A stretch of DNA of 64,000 nt from Microcoleaceae cyanobacterium (GTDB lineage: Bacteria; Cyanobacteriota; Cyanobacteriia; Cyanobacteriales; Microcoleaceae). This document shows positions 29,673 through 40,107 of this stretch, one piece after another. The DNA is taken from the NCBI GenBank assembly GCA_051652765.1, contig JBOFUV010000097.1, positions 32,001-96,000 of the forward strand, read 5' to 3'. The notes beneath the pieces were generated by a model that was not told the origin of the DNA, ran no database searches, and was given only the letters and a program-made list of their open reading frames with translations. Numbering within the stretch: the stretch's first letter is position 1; each line of letters starts with the position of its first letter. A program made the position numbers and the translations under genes.

Positions 29673-30200
29673 TTAAGAATTAAACAGCGTTCTAATAGTT
29701 TCTACCCGTCGGCGATTTACACCCAGATCAGAGTCTCCCAATCGAGAGGCAGAGCGGACTTGAATCACACCCTTCGCTTCATCAATGTAAAACTCCACAT
29801 CATCTACAAAGCCAAAGATAGGAATTGTAAATTCTGCATAGAGATAGTGGTCGTCGGCGGTCACTATTCTGGCATTGTCAAAGGTCTCTAGCACCATTTT
29901 CAGCTTATCCAATGCCTCTGATGCCGACTGTTCGTAGGTCAAGGCCGCAATTTCATGGGTTGGATCATCTGTGCTCTGACTAGAAACACAGTTCGGCGAA
30001 CTTGGGCATGGAGCCAGCCGTTCATCCTGAAACCCCAAATTGCTAGGGGCAGTGCCTGGGAATGAGAGCAGGGTTGCGATCGCCTTGGGCTGAGAGGGCT
30101 GGGCAAATGCAGGAGTTGCGATTCCCCAAGAACCGATCAAAATCAGCCCGAAAATGGCCATCATGACCGCGCGATATCTCAACTTAACTTTGGTAAACAT
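29673..30200 (-). CDS. DUF1499 domain protein
   Basis: LAPCPSSPNCVSSQ, FGFVDDVEF, VRSASRLGDSDLGVNRRR. Confidence 0.92.
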   Translation of the reverse strand: MFTKVKLRYRAVMMAIFGLILIGSWGIATPAFAQPSQPKAIATLLSFPGTAPSNLGFQDERLAPCPSSPNCVSSQSTDDPTHEIAALTYEQSASEALDKLKMVLETFDNARIVTADDHYLYAEFTIPIFGFVDDVEFYIDEAKGVIQVRSASRLGDSDLGVNRRRVETIRTLFNS

Positions 30201-30358
30201 ACTGAAATTATCCTTATTACGTCCGTCAAAATCGAGAAGCTAGGAAGTTCAATCTCTAAAGGATTTAACCTTAGGATTTAACCTTAGCGTAAATGCCCTG
30301 CCGCCATTTCCTAGTATGATTAAAACAATAGAGCAAAGTCAATCGTAAACGGGGATCT

Positions 30359-30835
30359 ATGCCAAAAACTGTTGCTGATGTAATGACTCCTAACCCCATC
30401 GTAGCCCAACCTGATATGCCATTGAAGCAGGCAATTCAAGTCCTCGCCGAAAACCGAATTAGTGGTTTACCGGTCGTGGATGAAGCAGGTAAATTGCTAG
30501 GAATGATTTTAGAAACAGACATTATTTGGCAAGAAAGTGGAATTACTCCCCCTGCCTATATCACAATTCTAGACAGTATTATCTACTTAGAAAATCCGGC
30601 TCGCTACGAACAAGAACTCCATAAAGCTCTAGGAACAACGGTTGATGAGGTGATGACCAAGAAAGGAGTCGTTACTGTTGCCCCCAACTGCCTTCTATCA
30701 GAAGCAGCACGGTTAATGCATGAAAAACGGGTTCATCAGCTTTCGGTTTTGGATGAAGCTGGAAAAGTTGTCGGAATTTTGTCCTGTGGGGACATTATTC
30801 AGGCTATGGCTCTGGCCGGGGGCAACCAGGTTTAA
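30359..30835 (+). CDS. CBS domain protein
   Basis: TVADVMT..ISGLPVVD..G tandem CBS pair. Confidence 0.9.
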   Translation: MPKTVADVMTPNPIVAQPDMPLKQAIQVLAENRISGLPVVDEAGKLLGMILETDIIWQESGITPPAYITILDSIIYLENPARYEQELHKALGTTVDEVMTKKGVVTVAPNCLLSEAARLMHEKRVHQLSVLDEAGKVVGILSCGDIIQAMALAGGNQV

Positions 30836-30964
30836 TTGGGGTGGGTTTTAGGGTTAGACCATCAGGTGCCAACAGGAGGTGTCAACTTAAGGTGTCAACT
30901 TAAGATGCCAACTCCTGTTAAATCAGGACTTTAGATGTTGTACTTTTAGAGTTTAATTTTTTAT

Positions 30965-31633
30965 ATGACTGTTACTCCAGAAACGATTCAACACTGGTTG
31001 AGTTCAGAGGATTTGGGCGATCGCTTGCGGGCCGTAAACCAGATGCGAAACTTAGATCCGACCATTGCATTTCAATTGATTCAGACTGCTGTGATGGATT
31101 CTGACACCCGCGTTCGTTATGCAGCGGTCAGTCAGTTGTCCAGTTTGGGACAACAGGATCGGTCTCGCTCCTTGGAAATCCTGCGCGATCGCATTCAAAA
31201 TGATTCAGAACCAGATGTGCAGGCTGCTGCTGCCGATGCCATTGGCGGTTTGCACCTTGCAGAAGCCTTCGAGGATCTACAGACCCTCTACCACCACACC
31301 CCAGAATGGCTGGTCAAAGTCAGCATTGTTGCTGCACTGGGAGAACTGGGAGCACCTCAGGGATTTGAACTGTTAGCCGATGCCCTCGCGAATGGAAATG
31401 AATTACTCCAAACGGTCGCCATCGGGGCATTAGGAGAGTTGGGCGATGCACAAGCAGTCCCTTTACTGATTACCCACATTGCTAACCCGGATTGGCAAAT
31501 TCGCTATCGGATTGCTCAAGCCCTAACTCGATTAGGGGGCACAGAGGCGAATGCTGCCCTGAAACAATTGGCCGAGGATGAGACTGCACAAGTTGCTGAA
31601 TCGGCAAAATTAGGCTTAGTTGATCAGAGTTAG
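30965..31633 (+). CDS. nblB: HEAT-repeat phycobilisome degradation protein NblB-like
   Basis: L.SEDLGDRLRAVNQ.R..RVRYAAVSQL..DVQAAAADA..WL...SIVAALGELG. Confidence 0.75.
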   Translation: MTVTPETIQHWLSSEDLGDRLRAVNQMRNLDPTIAFQLIQTAVMDSDTRVRYAAVSQLSSLGQQDRSRSLEILRDRIQNDSEPDVQAAAADAIGGLHLAEAFEDLQTLYHHTPEWLVKVSIVAALGELGAPQGFELLADALANGNELLQTVAIGALGELGDAQAVPLLITHIANPDWQIRYRIAQALTRLGGTEANAALKQLAEDETAQVAESAKLGLVDQS

Positions 31634-31665
31634 GGTTCCTGGCGCTAAATCTATACTGAATCAAT

Positions 31666-32139
31666 CTATTGGATCAAAAAATTATCAAAAGCAGTTTTGA
31701 GATTCTCAGGTAGCCGACGCATCACTTTTCCTGTTGCTCGATCGACTGGAACGAGAGTAATTTGAGCGGTGACATATCGGACTTGCCGATCGATAGACTT
31801 AATTTGATAGTCCCATAGCAGCCGAATCTTAGAGGGTTGCAGCAGCCTTGCCCGCACAACGGCATCCATGCCCATTTTGATGGATTGATGGTAACGAATA
31901 TTAGCATCGACCACAGGTAAGTCACAGCCAGCAGTCACCAAATCCCTGTAGTCAATACCGGCCAGTCGCAATCCTTCAACTCGGGCTTCTTCCATCCAGT
32001 TGAGATAGGTGCCATGCCAGACAATGCCCGCATAGTCCGTGTGATGGGGAAAGGCATGAATAGGGTATTCAAACCATCCATTCGTAAAGTTAATTTTTTG
32101 GAAAAAAGACTGGGCAACTCTAAATTGAGAATCAGACAC
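31666..32139 (-). CDS. acyl-CoA thioesterase (YbgC/4HBT family)
   Basis: HHTDYAGIVWHGTYLNWMEEARVE. Confidence 0.9.
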   Translation of the reverse strand: MSDSQFRVAQSFFQKINFTNGWFEYPIHAFPHHTDYAGIVWHGTYLNWMEEARVEGLRLAGIDYRDLVTAGCDLPVVDANIRYHQSIKMGMDAVVRARLLQPSKIRLLWDYQIKSIDRQVRYVTAQITLVPVDRATGKVMRRLPENLKTAFDNFLIQ

Positions 32140-32301
32140 GTTACAAATTGTTCCAAAATACTAGGGCGCTATGATGATTCATCCCCTATCAGATCTATGC
32201 TTAAAACTACAATAAATCTGGCTGATTGATTGAGTTGATTGAGTGAGCTAATTTAATCAAATTTTTGCTAAGTGTTTCCATTTTCATGCTAGGAAGAGCC
32301 C

Positions 32302-33159
32302 ATGGATATTAACAATATTTTGGTTGCCGTTGCAGGTCGGGGATTGTGCGAGGAAATGCTGAATATGCTGATGGATATCCCGCCGTTTAAACTCGCCAAT
32401 GTAACGGTGTTGCATGTTGTTCCTCCTCAAGCCTCGGCAGAGGCGATGTCACAGAAACTTGAAGACGGGGGGAAAATTCTGGCCCAAGCCGTTCAATCTA
32501 TTCACGTTGACCCCAACAAACTAAACCCCCGCCTCAAGCAGGGAGATCCAAAAGATATCGTCTGTCAGGTGGCGGAAGAAGAAAATTCCGATCTGATCAT
32601 CATTGGTTCACGGGGACTACAAGGGTTGCGGGCAATTTTGGAAAATTCCGTCAGCCAGTATGTATTTCAGTTAACCAGTCGCCCCATGTTGCTGGTCAAA
32701 GATGGGCTGTATGTCAAAAAGTTACGGCACATAATGGTTGCTCTTGATCCCTCTGAATCCGCAACCGAGTGTTTGCGGGTTGCACTCTCTTGGGCCAAAC
32801 AGGTTCCTGGCGGCCAGTTAATCCTAGCCCATGTCAATAAGGATCTAAGCGGAAAGTCCGATGAAGACTTTTCAGCGAATGCCGAAAATGATCCAATTTT
32901 AGCTGCTGCGGCAGCCGAAGCTAAGCGTCAAGGAGTTAATTATCGCTGTGTTGCAGGAACCGGCAAACCCGGCCCTGAGATTTGTAAAATTGCTGAAGAG
33001 GTGAATGCTGATTTATTAATCTTAGGTTCACCCGATCGTCGCCCAACTGTGGCCAAGACTATCGTTGATATTGATCGCTTAGTGGGGGGGTCGTTGTCTG
33101 ACTATGTGCGGGTTCATGCCAACTGCCCTGTGCTCCTCGCTCGAACTGCAGAAGCCTGA
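32302..33159 (+). CDS. universal stress protein (tandem USP domains)
   Basis: GDPKDIVC..DLIIIGSRG..SVSQYV; second domain GSLSDYVRVHANCPVLL. Confidence 0.92.
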   Translation: MDINNILVAVAGRGLCEEMLNMLMDIPPFKLANVTVLHVVPPQASAEAMSQKLEDGGKILAQAVQSIHVDPNKLNPRLKQGDPKDIVCQVAEEENSDLIIIGSRGLQGLRAILENSVSQYVFQLTSRPMLLVKDGLYVKKLRHIMVALDPSESATECLRVALSWAKQVPGGQLILAHVNKDLSGKSDEDFSANAENDPILAAAAAEAKRQGVNYRCVAGTGKPGPEICKIAEEVNADLLILGSPDRRPTVAKTIVDIDRLVGGSLSDYVRVHANCPVLLARTAEA

Positions 33160-33293
33160 ACGCAATTAATGTGATCATCACCTGAACTTGCTCCAGCGGT
33201 TTTTCAATCAGTGAGGGACATCCTAGCCATTCAAGTCCTCCTGTTTGAATTTAAAGGGGATTTAGGGCGATCGCTAGACAGCTGTAGATTACT

Positions 33294-33351
33294 CCAAGAT
33301 TAAGTTAACCAAGATTAAGTTAACTGAAATAAGTTAACCAAAATAAACTAA
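33294..33351 (+). repeat. 4 x 14-15-bp degenerate tandem repeat
   Basis: CCAAGATTAAGTTAA x2, CTGAAATAAGTTAA, CCAAAATAAACTAA. Confidence 0.75.
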
Positions 33352-33384
33352 AAAGCACCGAGGAATAAATTACTTTCGGTGCTT
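33349..33384 (-). terminator. rho-independent terminator of psbM
   Basis: Minus strand AAGCACCGAAAG...CTCGGTGCTT followed by T-run. Confidence 0.7.
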
Positions 33385-33423
33385 CTCAATTGACTTGGAA
33401 ACAATCTGAAGGCTTCCAACTTA

Positions 33424-33531
33424 TTAACCTTCGGTCTCTTTACGAGTTTGCAAATATAGAATAATCAAAAAAACCGCTGGAACAAGTACAAACAGAAGGC
33501 TGGCTACAAATCCAAGATCATTAACTTGCAT
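33424..33531 (-). CDS. psbM: photosystem II reaction center protein M
   Basis: Not in ORF track; translates [35 protein letters not shown]. Confidence 0.95.
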   Translation of the reverse strand: MQVNDLGFVASLLFVLVPAVFLIILYLQTRKETEG

Positions 33532-33638
33532 AATTCCCCACTTTTTTAATCACTGAACCTTTTATTCACTAGCATATCATTAATCAGCAATCTAATCGCA
33601 TAACCAATTATTAATCTTAAACCCTGAAAGTAGCTGAT

Positions 33639-34535
33639 TTATGCTTCGCGACTATTGCCTCTCGTTGAATTCTTTTCCAAAAATTCAATGATTTTACTGG
33701 GTACATCGACTTCTGTTGCTTTCTCAATTCCTTCTAACCCAGGGGAGGAGTTGACCTCCATTACCACAGGCCCATGATTGGAACGAAGCAGGTCAACGCC
33801 CGCAACCTTTAAGCCCATGATTTTGGCCGCTCGAATCGCAGTCAAACGCTCCTCGGGAGTCAGTTTCACTTTCTCTGCCTTGCCGCCCCGATGTAAATTA
33901 GAGCGAAACTCTCCTTCAACCGCTTGCCGTTTCATCGCCGCTACAACCCTCTCTCCAATCACAAAACAACGAATATCAGCTCCTCCCGCTTCCTTGATAT
34001 ATTCCTGCACCAAAATATTAGCATTGAGTCCCCGAAAAGCTTCAATAACAGACTTTGCAGCTTGGTAGGTTTCAGCTAAAACCACGCCGATTCCCTGGGT
34101 TCCTTCTAGCAATTTGATCACGAGAGGAGCCCCGCCAACAATATTAATCAGCCCATCAATATCCTTGGTTGAATGGGCAAAACCCGTTACCGGTAGACCA
34201 ATTCCTTCTCTGGCGAGCAACTGTAAGCACCGCAATTTGTCTCGCGATCGCGAGATCGCTTGGGACTCATTGGGGGTAAACACTCCCATCATCTCAAACT
34301 GTCGCACCACGGCTGTTCCATAAAATGTTTGAGAAGCACCAATTCGAGGAATAATTGCATCAAATCCTTCCAGAGGTTGTCCACCGTAGATCACCATTGG
34401 CTTATGGGAAGTGATATTCATGTAGCAGCGCACATAGTCAATCACATACATTTCATGACCCCGCTGTTCTCCAGCTTCTCTGAGCCGCCGTGTCGAATAC
34501 AGGGTGGAATCTTGAGATAAGATCGCAATCTTCAT
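33639..34535 (-). CDS. rimK: RimK-family ATP-grasp glutamate ligase
   Basis: [55 protein letters not shown]. Confidence 0.93.
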   Translation of the reverse strand: MKIAILSQDSTLYSTRRLREAGEQRGHEMYVIDYVRCYMNITSHKPMVIYGGQPLEGFDAIIPRIGASQTFYGTAVVRQFEMMGVFTPNESQAISRSRDKLRCLQLLAREGIGLPVTGFAHSTKDIDGLINIVGGAPLVIKLLEGTQGIGVVLAETYQAAKSVIEAFRGLNANILVQEYIKEAGGADIRCFVIGERVVAAMKRQAVEGEFRSNLHRGGKAEKVKLTPEERLTAIRAAKIMGLKVAGVDLLRSNHGPVVMEVNSSPGLEGIEKATEVDVPSKIIEFLEKNSTRGNSREA

Positions 34536-34588
34536 AATCTTCTGTCATGTTAGTATCACGCTCCTGCTGCAATTGCGGCTGACTAAAC

Positions 34589-34627
34589 TCCAACTGAATC
34601 TGGATCAACTAGCCAGATTCAGTTGGA
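34589..34627. repeat. perfect 15-bp inverted repeat
   Basis: TCCAACTGAATCTGG / CCAGATTCAGTTGGA with 9-nt loop. Confidence 0.8.
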
Positions 34628-34727
34628 CATGCGCTCAAGCAGGCTACATTCGCTAGAGTGGAAGGTTCAAAGAGACCGTACCCCTAGACCATCGTGCTTA
34701 TTGTATCTTGTCGCGTCGAAATCCTCT

Positions 34728-35465
34728 TTATCCCTTCCGTCTTGCCCAAGCTGTTGACTTCCAAAACAGAAAAAACAGGACTGCCGCAATCAGAGCCCCT
34801 AAATTCCATTTCACAGAATTTTTGGCAAGGGTAACCCGACGATTTTTCCGAATCTCTTCTGCTTGAATGATGGTTGACTTGTCAGCGCGATCGAGGAAGG
34901 TTGTGAGCTGATCCTTTACTTCTTGAAGTTGCTCTGTCCCTTGAATGTCTGGGGAGCGACCTTGTAGACGACTGAGTAGGGTTTCTACCTGTTCTTCACT
35001 TTTGGCTTGTTCAAGCTGTTGTTGAATCGCTTGAACTTGGGTTTTTCGCTGATCCCGTTGTGTGTTGATCTGCTCACTACTTTGTTTCTCAATTCGAACT
35101 GTATTTAACACTCCTAAAGGTACTAACAGTAAAAACAAAATTGCTAAAAGCAATGTTAGCCAAGATAAGGTTTTGAGTAATGGAATTTCCCACTTTCCTC
35201 TGAGAGTTCGCTCTCCATAAAATATAAGCGCAAACCCAATTAAAGGAACGGCAACTCGCTCCACCAGAGCACCCATCGTTTGGAATTCCCAAATGGCATT
35301 GGTAAATTGAGGTGGAATGAGCAAAAAGACAGAATCAATTAGAGCAAAGATCAACAGACCATACCCCACCCAACGTAGAGGCGGAATGGTCTGAACCATG
35401 CTAGAGTTTAGCTTCCAAAGGACTTCAACTTTATCTGGCGAAAGATTACCGCTGGAGGGTGTCAT
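34728..35465 (-). CDS. HpsJ-like membrane protein, cyanoexosortase A-associated
   Basis: LRWVGYGLL..PP.F.N..WEFQTMGALVERVAVPLIG..KNSVKWNLGAL. Confidence 0.8.
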   Translation of the reverse strand: MTPSSGNLSPDKVEVLWKLNSSMVQTIPPLRWVGYGLLIFALIDSVFLLIPPQFTNAIWEFQTMGALVERVAVPLIGFALIFYGERTLRGKWEIPLLKTLSWLTLLLAILFLLLVPLGVLNTVRIEKQSSEQINTQRDQRKTQVQAIQQQLEQAKSEEQVETLLSRLQGRSPDIQGTEQLQEVKDQLTTFLDRADKSTIIQAEEIRKNRRVTLAKNSVKWNLGALIAAVLFFLFWKSTAWARRKG

Positions 35466-35511
35466 AGGTTTAATCCATTATTTTGAAAGATTAAAAAGTA
35501 AACAATCAAAC

Positions 35512-36168
35512 TTAAAGTTTGGGAAAACGAGGATGCCACCACAGATACCAAGAGCGCCAAACCTCTTCAAGAACTGCATAGGATGAATCGGGGGAAGTTG
35601 AATCAATCGGAACCGACAAATAAACCCAGAGGCAGCGATGATCTCTCAGCGGCTCTTGACCCAATAAAACGGGCAAAAAACGACTAGCTTTCAAGTCATA
35701 AGTATACCGGTTTTTAATAAACTGTTCGTAGGTAATTGCTGCTGGGCCACGGGGGTTGATGCAAGAGCGCAGGTAGGCCCGATCTTTCTCCTGAGAAAGG
35801 CTATAGGAACCCAGATTTTGCTGTTGATGAATTGTTGTTCCTTTGTCTTTTGCATTCGGAGAAATCGTTGGATCGTACTCACGAAATAGCTTCTCATTAT
35901 CATGGGGATGATCCACATAACGCAGCTCAATTTCTAAGTTCAGATCTCCCTGACGATACTGATACTGTGTGCCCAAAGGTTGATTTAAAGCCTTGCTGTC
36001 TATAGATTGCCAGTTGGGTAATGGCACTGACATCGGTAGAACAACGGATTGAATTTCAACTTTTTCGGCAACTGGATTCAGTATCACTTTTGCAAACGTG
36101 ATGAAAACTCCACCAAAGGTTAGCACCAGCAAAGGAACGCGAATTGTCTTCCAGAGATCCACCACCAT
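35512..36168 (-). CDS. cyanoexosortase A system-associated protein
   Basis: VPLPNW..YQY..LEIELRY..AYLRSCINPRG..D.RCLW; directly downstream of exosortase. Confidence 0.85.
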   Translation of the reverse strand: MVVDLWKTIRVPLLVLTFGGVFITFAKVILNPVAEKVEIQSVVLPMSVPLPNWQSIDSKALNQPLGTQYQYRQGDLNLEIELRYVDHPHDNEKLFREYDPTISPNAKDKGTTIHQQQNLGSYSLSQEKDRAYLRSCINPRGPAAITYEQFIKNRYTYDLKASRFLPVLLGQEPLRDHRCLWVYLSVPIDSTSPDSSYAVLEEVWRSWYLWWHPRFPKL

Positions 36169-37034
36169 TAGACCTCTGCTGCTACATCATCGCTATCCTC
36201 TTCAATATCACTTTGCCGCAAGAGAAACCAACAAAATAAACCAAAAATCCCAACTGAAATCAGCGAGAACATTAAAGAGCCATCCCCTACATGCCAATAC
36301 TCCAGCGATTCAGGGTTTTTAGCATTTGCAAAAAAGGCCATGAATGCAACCCGAAACCCATTCACAATGAACGCAGTAATCACTGCAACAATCGGTACTA
36401 AAACCTTAGTCTTCCACCCCCTAAGGGGAAAGAATATTAAGAACAAAGCCCCCAAACCCAGTAAATGAAAAATTCCCTCAAATCCAGAACATCCCATATT
36501 CACACTGACCCCTCCATTCGGCAGCAGCACTTCAAATCCGCGACGGGATACCTCAAAGCCAGAATACCAGAGAATAAAGGTCGATAGCTGAGCCGTTAGC
36601 CCAGAAATATCTAACACAGGGCGCAGAACCACAAAAGGAACCCCTAGAAAAAATAAGAGGGTCAGTTCACGCCAATACTGCCTCAGTCCAATAAAGCCTG
36701 AAGCCAAAAGTGCCATTCCTAGACCTGAAATAAACGGGGAAACCCCTAAAAAGTTTGAAGTTGGCGAGAATGAACCCTTGAGTAATACGGCAGCAATCAG
36801 AGCTACCCCGAGTAAACTCGCAAAAAAATCACTGTCCAAGTCAAGGCGATCGCGCTTTTGCCAGATCAGAGCTGCAACTGCAAACCAAAACAGCAAACTC
36901 AAAGCCTGTAGATTAAGACTAGCATGATGCAGAGTGAGGGTGAGATTAACTGCCATCAACCCAGCCGCAATGCCCAACAGCCAGAATTTTGAGGTTTTCA
37001 GAGCCCGAATTGAGGGAACATTTGTTGCTGTCAT
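36168..37034 (-). CDS. crtA: cyanoexosortase A
   Basis: Multi-TM; V.V..GCSG (catalytic Cys), VNGFRVA (Arg), EYWH.G.G (His). Confidence 0.88.
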   Translation of the reverse strand: MTATNVPSIRALKTSKFWLLGIAAGLMAVNLTLTLHHASLNLQALSLLFWFAVAALIWQKRDRLDLDSDFFASLLGVALIAAVLLKGSFSPTSNFLGVSPFISGLGMALLASGFIGLRQYWRELTLLFFLGVPFVVLRPVLDISGLTAQLSTFILWYSGFEVSRRGFEVLLPNGGVSVNMGCSGFEGIFHLLGLGALFLIFFPLRGWKTKVLVPIVAVITAFIVNGFRVAFMAFFANAKNPESLEYWHVGDGSLMFSLISVGIFGLFCWFLLRQSDIEEDSDDVAAEV

Positions 37035-37165
37035 TGTCTTAGTTTAGAAGAGGGTAGAACACCTGACTGGTCGATTTTAACCTGATTGAAACGAAACGAT
37101 GACAAGCAATACGGCAAGGATCAACGTCACCCCCTGTCACAAGCATCCACTCTTGAGAGTTAACG

Positions 37166-38266
37166 TTATCTAGAGTTAACTTTTTGCAACATATCAGATT
37201 GATAGAGCTGATCCAGGGTCTGATTTCCAGTACAGAATAGCACAGTTGCAAGTTCTGCCATTAGCATCTCAACCAAGGTGTAGACAGCGGCTTCTGATTC
37301 GGCGGCAGCTTGCAAAAATGGCCAAGCTAAACCCCCTAAATCTGCTCCGAGGGCGATCGCCTTTGCGACATCTAGCCCATTGCGGAGTCCCCCAGACGCA
37401 ATCAATGGAATCTGCGGAGCGACCTGACGGACGTTAACAATACATTCGGCAGTAGGAATCCCCCAATTTGCAAAGGTTTGTCCCAATCGCCGTTGGCGTG
37501 GATCAGTCCCCCGTTCGCCTTCGATTTTTGCCCAAGAGGTTCCTCCAGCTCCTGCGACATCAATCGCCCTCACTCCAGCATCCAGCAACTTCTGAGCCAT
37601 GGGGGCAGAAATGCCATTGCCGACTTCTTTGACAATAACTGGCACAGGAAGGCAGGCACAAAGTTGGCCAATTTTACTCAGCAACCCGCGAAAGTTGGTA
37701 TCCCCTTCAGTTTGAATCCACTCTTGCAGGGGGTTCAGGTGCAGGATCAACGCATCGGCCTCTAACAGGTCAATCACTCGCAGACATTCGTCCACGCCAT
37801 AGCCGTAGTTAAGTTGGACGGCACCCAAATTGGCTAGCAGGAGAATATCCGGGGCCAGCGATCGCACAGCAAAGGTATTAGCAACCTCTGGTTTTTCGAC
37901 GGCAACCCGTTGGGAGCCAACCCCCATGGGAATCTGGTAGTGTTGGGCAACTTCTGCTAAACGAAGGTTGATCTGCTTTGCTTGTTCTGTCCCTCCGGTC
38001 ATGGAAGAAATTAACAGCGGCGCACCCAACGCCTTACCCAGAAAAGTTGTCCTCAGATCAATATCTTCCCGATTCAGTTCCGGCAGACAGCAGTGTGTAA
38101 ACTGATAGCGTTCTAGTCCAGAGGTTTGTTGACAAAACTGAACGTTTTCCTCCAGACAAACCCGCAGGTGATCTGCTTTGCGACTCTGGGTTTGCTCTGG
38201 AGAAGTCTGGAGTTCTGAACTGGATAGATCTAAGTTAGGTGACCTTTGGGGGGCAGATCGGGACAT
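37166..38266 (-). CDS. fni: type 2 isopentenyl-diphosphate delta-isomerase
   Basis: [38 protein letters not shown]. Confidence 0.95.
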   Translation of the reverse strand: MSRSAPQRSPNLDLSSSELQTSPEQTQSRKADHLRVCLEENVQFCQQTSGLERYQFTHCCLPELNREDIDLRTTFLGKALGAPLLISSMTGGTEQAKQINLRLAEVAQHYQIPMGVGSQRVAVEKPEVANTFAVRSLAPDILLLANLGAVQLNYGYGVDECLRVIDLLEADALILHLNPLQEWIQTEGDTNFRGLLSKIGQLCACLPVPVIVKEVGNGISAPMAQKLLDAGVRAIDVAGAGGTSWAKIEGERGTDPRQRRLGQTFANWGIPTAECIVNVRQVAPQIPLIASGGLRNGLDVAKAIALGADLGGLAWPFLQAAAESEAAVYTLVEMLMAELATVLFCTGNQTLDQLYQSDMLQKVNSR

Positions 38267-38377
38267 GGTTAACGGTAAATCGGTAGGGCTGGAGTTGGCG
38301 GTAAAGCTCCTTCAGTATCCCCTAATCTGACCTAGGCTGTTCACATTGCAATATCTTTCAACAGATGGTGTTGCCCC

Positions 38378-38914
38378 TCACTGATTCCCGATGAGTTCTA
38401 CCCGATCTTGGCCATCAATCTCTTCCAAGTAAACCCTCACCTCTTCTTCACGGGCGGTGGGGAGTTCCTTGCCAATAAAGTCAGGATGAATCGGCAGTTG
38501 TCGATGGCCCCGATCCACCAAAACAGCGAGGGCTATGGTTTCAGGTCGCCCATACTCATTTACAGCGTTCAATGCGGCTCGAATCGTGCGTCCGCTATAG
38601 ATCACATCATCGACTAACACCACGGTTTTGCCCGTCAAGTCAATGGGAATTAAGGTTTTGGCTGGAGTTCGCATGGCCACCCGCTCTAGATCATCACGAT
38701 AAAAGGTAATGTCAAGGGCACCCACAGGAACTTGAAGTTGTTCAAGAAGTTCAATCTGATGGGCCAGCAACTTCGCCAAGGGAACTCCTCGGGTGTGGAT
38801 GCCAATTAAAACCAGGTCAGATAGATTGCCAGCCTTCTCAACAATCTGTGAAGCAACCCGGTTCAGAGTGCGGCGGAGTTCTTCGGCAGAAAGGATTTCA
38901 ACGATTTTGGTCAT
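38378..38914 (-). CDS. pyrR: pyrimidine regulator/uracil phosphoribosyltransferase PyrR
   Basis: [43 protein letters not shown]. Confidence 0.95.
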   Translation of the reverse strand: MTKIVEILSAEELRRTLNRVASQIVEKAGNLSDLVLIGIHTRGVPLAKLLAHQIELLEQLQVPVGALDITFYRDDLERVAMRTPAKTLIPIDLTGKTVVLVDDVIYSGRTIRAALNAVNEYGRPETIALAVLVDRGHRQLPIHPDFIGKELPTAREEEVRVYLEEIDGQDRVELIGNQ

Positions 38915-38975
38915 TGTTACGACGAGTGACGAGTTCCCTCAATTTAAAGCTGTTTGCTCAAGATTTCCAGATTAT

Positions 38976-39569
38976 TCAGTTATCATTCTGGGATATCATC
39001 TGAAGATAGAGACCGAACCGCTCAATGGCAACTCTGAGAGCCGCATTGATGGGCATTCGCTGCTGGCCTAAGGTCGGGTCAAGGTTGGTTATCTGCTGAG
39101 TTGCCTCGGCAAAGTTCGGAGCATGAACGGTGCCCTGGGCGATCGCAGTTTGGGCATTTTTCAAAATATCGGGTACAGCAGTTTTGTGTTTAACACAGGC
39201 GGCTAGCTGTTCCTGACCAGACTTTTGAGTTACAGTGGCAAAGCCAAAGAGACGGCAGAGAGTTGGCCGCCAGGGATAGACCTGACAGCGACCCTTCTCC
39301 TCAATCAACGGGTCAGGCTGGTAAAAAACACATTGTCCTTGATATTCAGAAGCAGCAGCCTGATGGAGCCATCCTTCGATCTCACCTCGCTGAAAAAGCT
39401 CTATTACCAAGGGCAGCATTTCCAGGAGAGTTGTCTCAACTTCGGGATTTTGGCAACACCAACCACATCCATTTGGACAGTGTAGATGAGTGGCTGCCTG
39501 GAAAGTCTCTACAGTTTGATCAATTCGAGTATAGGCATCCATCACCTGGGCAGCGATTGCAAGATCCAT
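38976..39569 (-). CDS. YkgJ-family cysteine-cluster protein
   Basis: CPNGCGWCC, C.F..GRCQVYPWRPTLCRLFG; ATG 39569 preferred over TTG 39611. Confidence 0.85.
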   Translation of the reverse strand: MDLAIAAQVMDAYTRIDQTVETFQAATHLHCPNGCGWCCQNPEVETTLLEMLPLVIELFQRGEIEGWLHQAAASEYQGQCVFYQPDPLIEEKGRCQVYPWRPTLCRLFGFATVTQKSGQEQLAACVKHKTAVPDILKNAQTAIAQGTVHAPNFAEATQQITNLDPTLGQQRMPINAALRVAIERFGLYLQMISQNDN

Positions 39570-39847
39570 AGAGTTTTCGTCGGGATAAGAGTTTTGTGGG
39601 GATGAGATCAAGCATAAGCTGAAAAAATCTGCTGTAGCTATTAATTGTCAGTTGCAGTTTCAAGCTGCGAACTCTTGCTTAAATCTAGGCTCTATCTGCC
39701 TGGAAATTGGGTATGACTTAGATTGTAAGCCGATCAAAGCGATCGCCAAACAGATGCTGAATGTGTCAAACTGAAAGTATACCTGAGCACAATCATCCCG
39801 GTTCCTCCTAGAGCAATTGGGAGTTGGCCTTGTGTTAACAGCAAATC

Positions 39848-39870
39848 TATAGCAATCATTGCGGATTGAT
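39848..39870 (+). repeat. MITE terminal sequence
   Basis: TATAGCAATCATTGCGGATTGAT, near-identical to the ends at 41609-41650. Confidence 0.6.
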
Positions 39871-40107
39871 GAGATATCTGTGGTGTAGGGGTTAAGGACT
39901 TGTGCGGGCAGGGTGTCTATTCAACGTTAACGCTTCAAGTCAAATCGCCATATGGCCAGGTATACTTTTTAAAACTATCAGTTGCTGAGTACTTAAGCCG
40001 TTGCTCAGGAGCAAGGTCACTTTACTTCGATTTGTCAAAAATACTGTGGCAGACTATTGATAACCTGATCTCAACCCTCTTTGTCGAACCCTACGTTCTA
40101 AGAAACT

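Noticed and set aside
11697..33351. Short repeat arrays as CRISPR
   Set aside because: Units are contiguous with no unique spacers, and no cas genes are present.
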